NCBI GenBank assembly: GCA_905178155.1
Contig: CAJINV010000016.1
Span: 1,687,102-1,751,101 of the forward strand
DNA: 64,000 bases
Source: Amoebophrya sp. A120
Taxonomy: Eukaryota > Protista > Dinoflagellata
Direction: 5' to 3'
The position numbers and the translations under genes are program-made. Under the pieces are notes generated by a model that was not told the DNA's origin, ran no database searches, and worked only from the letters and a program-made list of their open reading frames with translations. This document shows positions 52,701-62,800 of the stretch, piece after piece; the stretch's first letter is position 1; each line of letters opens with the position of its first letter.

Positions 52701-55693
52701 GGTACTAGGTCCTCCCTCTTCAGCGTTTCCACTTGATGTTGCCCTATGCCTATCCGTAGTACTGGAAGGTGCAGCAGCTCGATCATTCCCACGACCCATG
52801 GCCGCGCGAGCAGCAGCTGCTGATACAACAGCAGCATCAGCTCCACTTTTCTTTTTCCGTCCGAGCTCCCTCGCAGGTATTCTGGGGCGCCTGATCTTCG
52901 TCTTAGTGCCATTTTTGTTTTTCCTGCTGCTGCTGTTTTTGTTGTAATTGTAGCTGTTGCCGTTCAACATGTGGTTCCCAGCCGAGGACGAAGAAGATCC
53001 AGCAGCAGCGTCGTAGTAGTAATACTGCGGCTTCGCCTCCTTTCCGTCTTCGTCAAACCCCAACAGCATCCACTCGGTAAATTCCACCAGCTCCTCAACA
53101 TCGACAATTTGGTTGCGGATGATATCGACCAGCAGCCGCATCCGGAGATTGTCAAGCTTCTTCACGTTGATGTCGTCCACTTCTTGCGGCGCCTGCGCAA
53201 CAACATCAGGAGCGGCACTCGCACTGGTAGCTGCATCAGACTTGGTCAACATATCAACATCTTTTTCTACTTTGCTGTCTGCCACCTCAGCTTCTCGACC
53301 TGTAGTCCTATCTCCATCTGGCGCAGTTGATGCTGTTGTTGTGTCCTCACTATCCAATTTCAATTCAAAATATTGTTTTTTCATGAACTCGAGCTGCTTC
53401 TTCCGGTTATCCCAGTACCGTTGCCGGGCCGAGTCGATGGGGTCCAGGGACTTCTTCCGTTTTGCCGGGTTATTTTCCTCGTCGCTGGAAGTCAATCCGA
53501 GAGAAGATTTCCGGTCCCGCGAGATGCTGCGCTCGTTACCGTCATCCTCGTAGACGTTCGACTTAGTGATAGTGTCGTTGACTGTTGATGTTGACCCATC
53601 AAAGCTGCGAATGCGAGAAATGTTGTCGAGATTATCTCTGCTTCCAGGGTCGTTCACATCGAAGAAATGCCTGGAAGCTGTGCCAGTTCCGGAGTACAGC
53701 AGCGCACCATTGGGCGACTGCTCCTTGTCAGCTTGCTGTTGGGCTGGTGGTTCTTGCTGGGTGGAGGTACTATCAGTATCACCGTCGTTGGATTTTTGGT
53801 TGGGTTTGTTTTGATGAGGTAGACTAACATCGGGCTTTTTCTCATCTGCTACACCACCCTTTCCATCTTCTGCGGAGGTTCCAGTTTTCCTGCTCTTCTT
53901 GTTCCGCGGTGTGTGGAGGTTCTGAATCACCTGTGGATCATCTTCCTGCTCATCCTTGCTGGCGACGCTTTTACCAGCACTGTCACCAGCCTTTTCTTCT
54001 CTTTCCTTCCGCTTCTGTTCCGATTTCAATTTTTCTTTTTCCTTCCGCTTCTGCTCCTTATCAAAAGGAAAAACGTCCCCACCCCAGAGCTGTCATGTGG
54101 TTTGCAATGACAAGGACATCTGTGATGCGCATACCCCTGGTAGACATTTCCAATCGTGTTTTGAAATTTGTGATGCTGTGAACAGGATAAGCAGATAGAT
54201 CTGTGATGCGGCTGCGCTTGCTAATCTGCATTACACTACGGAGGGCAACTTGTCATGCGTGACTCCCAAAACTCCTAGGTTTGTGTTGCAAAGTCCCCAG
54301 CTTGACTATGGGGTGGGGACGTTTTTACACAGGATACTCCTGCTGCTGCATTCTCTCCTTGATGAGATCATAATCCACATCGCCAAAAAGCACATCCTCG
54401 GTCGCCGTGCGATTGGCGGGAAAGAAGCGGGACGACGCGGAGGTTGAAAATGTTGATCCTGCACTACTGTTTTGTTCGGAGCTGCTGCTACTACCCTCGA
54501 CGTTGACCGCACTTGTAGTGGTTGCGCTGTCGCTAGTATTTCTGTCGCTCCTGCTTCTTGGACTTTCCATAGAAGTGCTCTCCTTTGGAGTTGGAGTTCC
54601 TGGGCTTCTATCAAAATAGAAGTCCTCTGGGGATGAACTGCCAATGCCCCGGTTGAGATCATTATACCCAGCAACATCTTGCTGATGAATGGAACTTCGG
54701 GAAGATGACTGCTCGTTCAAATTTCGATACTGCATTTCTTTTTATGAACTGCAAAAGTGAAAAGTATCGCATTCGTATAAATGCATTACAAATTTCTACA
54801 GCATGAGAAATAAAATTTGTAATGCGAAATTGCCTTAAGAAAAGGATTTGTAATGCATGATTGCAATACGAGTACGATACTTTTGCACAGGATACTATCT
54901 TCGACGGACTGACGTTGAGAAGATCCAGCGAGGCCAGATTATGGCGTTCTCAAACGTTACATTCTCAGCTGTTACATGATTTGTCATGCAAAATCACAGT
55001 TAGAATTGATACGATCAAGCTGCTTCGCATGACAAATTCTCGAAGAGCCAAACACGCTGAGAATCTGTGCCATATCTGTCATGCTAGACGCGCAAGGTCA
55101 CCCCTTTGACTTTTGCCATTCTTGCATCACAAATTCATGTAACAGCTGAGAATGTAACAGTTGAGAACGCCATACAGATCGGCTTCGCCGTTGGGACTTA
55201 CTTTTGATGTTCGTGTTCCGATGGTTCCGTTATTATTTTTCGTCCCATTTATTTTGCCGAAATTCACCGCAGAAGAGGAGGAGGACGCAGCGGAGGTGCC
55301 GATCAATACGCCGTTCACGACCCGATTGGCTCCGGCGGTCGGATTTGTAGACGATGTTGTAGTGGTACCAGTTGTACCGCGTGGGGTCAACAATCCACCT
55401 GATGCATTTCTACTACTGCTCGTCCCCGCGGCCGCGCCAGACGGTGGACCTGCTCCAGCCGTACCCTTATTGCTCACAACTCCCCCTCGAGGTCCGCCAA
55501 CCACGCCTCTCTGCGAGGCCAAGTTCGCCGCCGCGACAGCACCGACGGACGCAGGCACGGCTGCTGTCGTCGATGTGCCGCGTGGCATCACAAGTTGCCC
55601 TCCGACGAAGAAACTGTTGCTGGCGCCGGAAGAACTGTTGCTCATATTCAGGGCGTATTTGTTCTTTTTGGAAGCCATCTTGTCTTCTTGCAC
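43789..55693 (-). CDS. Giant PP2C/PPM-family protein phosphatase (~2,870 aa reconstructed)
   Basis: KENQDA, FGVFDGHG, SGCT, VWNSGDS, LNLARGFGD, YLVLGSDGVFD, SDDTSAIAI in order; removing 12 TIR inserts (plus repeats) and GT-AG intron 50395-50628 leaves 8,616 nt in one frame by my count. Confidence 0.85.
44732..45013. mobile_element. Introner, family B
   Basis: Repeat GTGCG; left tip is TTT instead of TAT; frame restored. Confidence 0.85.
45073..45396. mobile_element. Introner, family E
   Basis: Repeat ACTTC; frame restored. Confidence 0.85.
45688..45975. mobile_element. Introner, family D
   Basis: Repeat GTAGG; left tip TGT; frame restored. Confidence 0.85.
46424..46698. mobile_element. Introner, family D
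   Basis: Repeat CCGTC; frame restored. Confidence 0.9.
49672..49979. mobile_element. Introner, family F (single copy)
   Basis: TIR TATGGAAGCGTCAGGATTGAAATCGTCA / TGACGATTTCAAACCTGACGCTTCCATA; repeat CCGGA; frame restored (IQIR|MICR). Confidence 0.9.
50146..50295. mobile_element. Introner, family A
   Basis: Repeat CGTAG; joins NQDALLFDY|GYIN..FGVFDGHG. Confidence 0.9.
50799..51078. mobile_element. Introner, family B
   Basis: Repeat CGTTC; frame restored. Confidence 0.9.
51613..51873. mobile_element. Introner, family D
   Basis: Repeat AACAT; frame restored. Confidence 0.9.
52424..52585. mobile_element. Introner, family A (degenerate)
   Basis: Left tip CAT; repeat GATGT/GCTGG (2 mismatches); removing element plus 5 bp restores the frame. 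Confidence 0.75.
54059..54336. mobile_element. Introner, family B (divergent body, family-E-like left tip)
   Basis: Repeat CTCCT; frame restored. Confidence 0.88.
54743..54894. mobile_element. Introner, family A
   Basis: Repeat degenerate (CTTTT/CTATC); removing element plus 5 bp restores the frame. Confidence 0.8.
54940..55174. mobile_element. Introner, family C
   Basis: Repeat CAGAT; 9 differences from the 8184-8418 copy by eye; frame restored. Confidence 0.93.
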
Positions 55694-56810
55694 AAATAAA
55701 AATTACCGAAAAATTTTCAATCTTGGGATATTCTTCGCTTCAGATAAACGACAAATCCAGGATCGAAATCTGAAAAAACTAGCGAGATCTTCTAGTATGG
55801 GAGGTACTATACTACTTCACTAAACATATCATAAATAATCATGCGACATATGCTTCGAACTGAAGCAAACAACACGACTCAACCATTCGTTGCAGCTTCT
55901 TGTGTAAACTACAAGGTGAGAGTGAGTGGAAGAGCGCTTGGAGGCTTTTTCAAAATCCAATTGAAGACAAATCCCAGATCAGCATCAGAGTTTTGGTGCC
56001 TGAAGAAATCAAATCAAAAATCTCTTTTGATGAAAAAGCAAGCTGCATGAAACTAGCACCATGAATCATGCGAGATTGTTCCCCGTAAATGTGCGATTGG
56101 AAGATTCTTCGACACAGTTGGATGCATGCAGCATGTGCCAGCGGATATTTGGAACAATTGACGAGACCCAGTTCGCGATCTTTCACCGGCCGAGGAAAAT
56201 TGTTCCTGGGGTCACAAAGCCGGATGGAAAGAGTCGAGTGGAGAATCACATCATCGGTGGGAAAATTTTCAGACTAAGAAAAGGATCAAACGCCAGTGGA
56301 CGCACGTTGCGCAGTGGAGGAGCAGGAACATGAAAGAACTATCATATGCGGCGGTGCAGTCATGCGCAAACGCTTGCGCACGCTTTGCCAGTGCAGTGCG
56401 TTCCATTTCTGAACTGCAATTGAGGTCATGACTTCAGAACCAATAACCATTCCGGTCCTCGTCGTCTTTCAGAAATATACTCGAAGTAGGGAAAGCTACA
56501 CCGCAGTGATTTGAAGAGCAAAGTTGATGGCGCCACGAGGGATGAAAAGGATTCAAATCGCGATATTCTAGATTTACAGCGAGCAAGATTGGAAGGTTTT
56601 TTCTTGTAGACTCTCATCAAAGTATTCATCAGCCGAAGTTACAGTGTCTTTTTCGATCTATCAAAATCAATGAAAAGTGTGATGAACAATGTAGTTTTTC
56701 ACTTTATCTAGGCAATGGATTTCCCAGGACAAAGTTTCAATACAATCACGTCGACATCCCAGAAAGGGTGCTTCTTCTACCGCATGGCTCTAGAAGTGGT
56801 CGGAATCGTT

Positions 56811-59800
56811 TCATTTTTTCGAACCTACAACTTCGCTCGCATCCTGCGAAAATGATTCCTCTTGTTCGTCCTGAGCTGCCTTTTCCCGCGCTAGTCTCTC
56901 TGCCTCTTGCTGCTCCCTGTACTCTTGGATGAACGATTTCGTCCGAATCACCACGGGCACCTGCGTCGTCGTGTGGTCGTCGTCATTTGCCAGCAATGTG
57001 ACGGACAGACGGTTCTTTGAGGTGTGAATGTCCTTGGCAAACCGCTTCTCCACATACCCCATGGCCATGCTCTTCCCGGTTACGTTACTGAACGCTCCGC
57101 TAGTGGTGTACCCGATTATTCGTTCTTCACATTCACTTGATGTGGAGTTGCGGTTGTCATCTCGATCTCGCCCATGCGGCCCTGCTACGTCGTCGAAATA
57201 GCTCGTTTTTACCCAAATCGGCTCGCCGCCGACGCAATGTGACAGCTGTTCCGCGTCTGCGACCTCGCTGCGCGAAGAGGAAAACGTCGAGGAGAGACTG
57301 GCGAGAGCGGTCACAGGCGAGGGCGTCGCGGTGGAAGTTGTGGAGGTTCTGGTGCTCGTGAGATCTTCCGCAACTGTATCGTCCTTCCCTATCTCTCCAC
57401 TGATTCTGGCTCCTGATCCTGCATCTCCGCTATCTGTCGTGCTAGTACCTCGTTGGCCATCAGAAAGAACGGAACTCGCGTCATTTTCCGATGCACCTAC
57501 TTCTTCCTCGCCAATCAACACCTCGAGCAGGACGAGTCGCATAGAGGAAGGTTCCTTTGTGGTCTCCAGCCTTTCATCCGCTTGTCGATTCTTGTCTTCA
57601 TCCTGGGGGGAAGTAGATGTCGGTTGTCGCCGTGATTCTCTAGTTGTTTTCTTTGAGTGTGGTCCTTCTTTCGCCGTTTTTCTTTTGTCTTTCGAGTTCG
57701 AATTCACCTCCCTCAGTAACGCGTCCCTTCCACAAAAGTCTGGCGGCTTTCCCGCAAGGATACTATACAACTCACCGTCTAGATCGTTTACCTCGCTCTC
57801 CGAAAACACCCCTGCTTCTATCGCGGAGTAGTCGCGCGTCAACTCCGCGCCAATTCTCGCCTTTGCGGATTCCAAGCGCAGTTCCTCCAATGTGTTTTGC
57901 CCGATTTCCTGCAACTCCGGAATGGACGCAAGGAGGTACTGGTACAAACCCAACACCTCCTTGCTGTTTATGGATTGCAAATATGTCTGGGTCTGGAAGA
58001 TTGCAAGTTGTCATGCATTTTCTGCATGACCCATGATGCCTGTAATGCATGACCTAGCATCACTGATTTTTAGAGGACTTCCTGATGCCTATAATTTCGC
58101 ATGAGAAATGCCCTCTCGTCCACGTAACACCAACTGGGCTCCAGTTGCTGGTCACGCAATACAAATTTTTTTCGAATCCAGAGACAGCATCACAAGTTGC
58201 ATCCTTCCAGACATCCAGGGATATTTGCAGTTCGATACTGTTCACGTGAAATTCAAACGCCTCTTCAGAGCCGTACGCATTATTCTCCGGCGGCAGCCGC
58301 ACCACCCGACAGAGCGAGTTTATCAACTGTAAAAGTTTGGGTCTGGAAGATTCTGAGACTTGTCATGCACGTGTTGCGTGAGCCATGATGTCTGTGATGC
58401 ATGCCCTATCATCACAGATTTTTTGAGGGCTTCTCGATGCCTATTCGGCATGACAAATGCCCTCTTCGCGTAGGAAAAAACGCTTCCTTTGCTGCTCATG
58501 CAATACAGATTTTCATTTTTTTGGAATCCAAATGCAGCATCACAAGCTGCATTCTTCAGGACCCAGACATTTTTGCATTTGATAGAGTTGTTGATCGTGA
58601 TAAACCGGTAGGAGTTTTCCTCCCACTGGGGTCCTGCTGCCTCATCGGCGAACAGGTCGCGAATGTGCTTGGCCAGCGCCGGCCGCGCTTCCCTTCCCGT
58701 CACAAGAAGGACTGAGAATGTCGCCACCGACACGCTCGGCGGGGGAGCGGGGGCGCAGTCGGACGTTGAGGCTCCTTCAGCTTCCTCCTGCATCACAAAT
58801 GCTTGCTCGACCAACGCGGAGTAATCCTGTCCAAACCGCTCTATCGGGGAGGTGAGGTAGAAAGTGTTGCTTGTTTGCACGTTCTGGTAATCGGAATTGG
58901 TACTTCCCCCGCCGCCGCCAGTGGATGCCGCCACAACTGTCGACGTCGCGCTGTCTACGTGCATCACCTGGAACTCCGACAGAATGCCCCCGGTGGTCGG
59001 GGACAGCAGGTAGCCGTGTTCCACGGTGTTGTTGGTAATTTGTACGGCGGGAGATGTTGGTCGGCTGCCTTTTTCTGTGTGATGTTCGTTTTCGCCGTTG
59101 TGGTCCCTACCAATATTTGTCGTCGTGTTTGGAGCACGCCTCGGTTTTCTTGAGTTGGAATCTTCAATACCTTCGAAGTGGTCCACGTTATCTTCATTCA
59201 TCTTCACCACCGGAATCCGGCAAGTGAGCATTCTATCCAGAAACTGTTCCGCACACACCCCTTTGACCTCAAACGCCGCCCGCGGCAGGTAGGCCAGCGC
59301 GACGCCCTTCCGGACCGCCACCGCCTCGGCGGTGGAACCTCGCTTGCGAAAGATCGACACCGCTTTCTGCACCAGCGCGCCGGCGCCGGTGGCCGGAGCG
59401 GCCCCAGACCCGGAAAAGGACTCGACAAACTGCCCCGAGGCGTCTAACACGGCGTTTCGCTTCTGCACGAGAAATTGGAGCAGTTCCTGGTTTGCGACCG
59501 TTGCGTCATTGCAGAAACTGCGGGAGATCGCGGTGCAGGTGTTCTTTGAAGAATTCGCTCCCGTGCTGAAACTGCCGCTCGTGTTCGAATTGGAATCCTG
59601 AGCTCCGCTCACGTCGCCCCCAACGGCGCTCAGCAGCTTCGACGCGGTCTGCTGACTTTGTTCAACTGTGCAATGAAAAAGTATCGCAGTTGTAACAGCT
59701 TAAAATTTTCCATATGGATCTGCAAATTTATTCTATTTCGAAAGGCTGCATGAAGATGCGAATTTATAAAAATCTGGTTTCCTTTTCGGGAAAAGTTGAA

Positions 59801-62800
59801 GTCGCTCTGTCATGCATGAGCATGAGCATTATCATGATTGCAAAAATTAGTACCAGCAGCACTGCGATACAGTTTTGCACTACACCATATCGACTGTGCT
59901 GTACCAAAACCGGACGCCCTCCTGGATTTTCTCTGGTGAAAGCGAGTTCGCGAACCGTCTCGGATCCACTTCGTCGAGCTCGTATGGCGGCTCGTTGTGC
60001 AGGATGAAATGCGCCAAGTAGTTCCCCAGGCCCGCGCACCGCGCGACCGAGAGACTGCCGTTTGCCGTTGCGAGCCAGTAGTTTTTTCGCCACGCGCTGC
60101 GACGGGCTGGGGCGAAGTTGGTGTTCGACGTGTTGGCAGCGGTTGTACTGGTGGAGCTAGATGAACTAAAGCAGGCTTTGGCAATGTCAGCCGAGCCGGG
60201 AAAGATGCCGGAAGACGCGGTCGCGTATGACGAGTTTGGGCTGCCGGAAGACCCACCGGCACCAGACGTGCCACTGCTGTCCGTTTCCAAACCTGCAGAG
60301 GCGGCGCTAGTTATTCCAAACGCCCCACCAGAAGAAAGAACAGAAGTCCCTCCAATACTTCTCGGTTGTTGTATCGCGACCGGGCCGACCAGCGGAAGTG
60401 CGTCCAGTGCGTGCACGATCGGGGCATTCACCACTTCTTTTATCCCCACCCCACCCAGCAGGGGCATCAGCTTGCTGGCGGCCTCCATGTGCGGGAAAAG
60501 TCGATCGATGTTTGCGTCGTAGCGGTAGTACTGTGGGTAGTTGAAGCAGTTGGTCGCGCTCGCCGGGGTTGAGAAGACCACGTCGCGTTCCGCGGGTGCC
60601 AGGATGAAGCTGTGACTGGATGAAAATTGCTCGTCTACCTGGTACAGGGAGAAGGACCCCCCAATGTCCTGAACGATGGGGACTACAAGCGGGTCGTCCT
60701 GGGGCGTGGGGGAAGTTGATGTAGTCGGGGCCTCGTCGGTATTTGTACTCAGAAGTTCAAGTTCTTCTTTTTCCAAAACGGGATTTTCCTCGTCGCGAAA
60801 ACCGGTAGATGATGAACTACCTGCAGAGGTCGTGGTACCGGAGGTTTCACTACTACTACTTTCAGGGTGTCTTACAGCTGCACCATTTGTAGTTTTTTGG
60901 TTCACGTCACCGTCACGTGCTCCAGCTGCTGCGCCCTCATTTTGTTCATCCCGTATCATCTTTCTTGTAACATCTTCGTCCTTTGAAGTGGCGGCCATGC
61001 TCGCTGTGTGTGACGATGATGTCAAGGTCTCCCGCGAAGAAGTAGCTGCGGGTGCTGGAACAACTGCGGAGTCAGCAGTTCCTGCTGTTGTATCGGTGCT
61101 GGTCGCGGAGATGATCTTCGGCTCCGTTTCATCGGCAACTGGAGGTGGTGTATGCTGTGCAAAAGTATCGTACTACTCGTATAAATGCATTTTTCTCAGC
61201 ATGAGAAATGAAATTTGTAATGCAGATTTGCCTTAAGAAAAAGATTTGTATTTGTAATGCAAGACTTGCATTTATACGAATACGATACTTTTGCACAGGA
61301 TATGGTGGAGGAGACGACGATGTTTTACTTTGTGAAGCCACAGCGGTTTTGATTTCGTCCATCATCAAGTATTGGTGCTGCATCACCGCCACAGGTACTT
61401 CCACGTTGGCCAGCATGCCGACTTCCCGTGCGTTTAGCCCCGCGGCGTTTACCACATGGTCACACACCACAACCTGCTCGCGCACCGTGCCGCCGTTCTG
61501 CCACTCCACCGTCACCTCCCACTTGAAATCGGACTTGCGCTGGTTCGGCTTTATCCAGTGCAAAAATATGATGATCGTACATACAAATACAAATTGCAAC
61601 ACAATTTTTTTATTTTGTCACAAAGCAAAGTGAAAATGATTCTCATGCGGTATGCGGTGCCGTCGGCGTGATTTGAAATATTTATATATATGAGTACGTC
61701 GACACATCAACTTTTATTGCAGTGGGTAGTTTCCACCACAGTGCAGTTCTCGAAAATGAGATTTCTCTCTTCACGACTGATGTGCTGTTCTTCTTCACCG
61801 CTGCCGGTCGGTGAGATCTTGACATTCTTGTTGCCTAAACGGTTTATCTCCCGTACCATCGCCGTTCCAAAAGCCCTAGCGTCCACGCGTCCCGCGTCGG
61901 GGTAGTGCAGCACGATGTTCTGCGAGTTTTCCAAATCTAGTATGCATTGCAAAAGTATCGCACTCGTATAAATGCATTACAAATTTCCTCAGCATGGCAA
62001 ATAAAATTTGTAATGCGCATTTATCTTAAGAAAAAAATTTGTAATGCATGACTGCGATTACTACGAGTACGATACTTTTGCAATTCATATCTAGAAACGG
62101 ATATCAAATGCTACGGAAATTATTTCAATTCTTCGATCTCACCCTACACCAACTGGTGACAACTCTTGTACGTGTACGAGCGTTGTTGAGAAATGGCACG
62201 CCCGGTGTGTTTATTGTGGCTTATTTGAAAAGCTCTGCAGTGAAGCGGATGACGGCGATTATGCTCATCTACATCCTCATTTTCTCCAGCTGCATACATT
62301 CAAATTGATAAACATGACCTATGTAAAAACCCATTGTTCTGGCCACAAAAAAGGCCGGTTGCCGTGTCTCGAGCGGCTTGCACCAAAATAAGATGAATTT
62401 CCGCTAGGATAAGCAACTGCTGCAGTTCCGGAAGGGAATAGTTGGCATTCGATGCTGGTGAGGGAGCCGTCGTGGAGCCTCCAGACGGAGCCGTCGTGCT
62501 TGTTGGAGACGTCGCGGCACCTCCACTTGCTGATCCTGGTAAAGGCGACAGTAGCGGTTCGAAGCTACTTTCTTTTGCTGACGTGGAAGGCATCGCCTGA
62601 AGATCTTGGTACTCGTGTACCTTCGCCAGGCCGACCTGTATCCAATGCAAAAACCACCTCCCCACCCCATAGTCAAGCTGGGGATGATTTGGCTACGCAA
62701 AGAAAGAGCCAGCATCGATCTTTTGGCTGTCGCGCGTGACAAGTTTGGGCGAGCCCAAACGTGTCATCGCGTTTCACTTTTCTAGCTGCATCGCAAATCG

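Noticed and set aside
7542-58715. Recurrent ORF peptides such as CKNVWVWK, LCKNVPTP, CKSIVLV, QKYRTR and YGVLKRY
   Set aside because: They are translations of introner TIRs read through from exons, not a protein repeat family.
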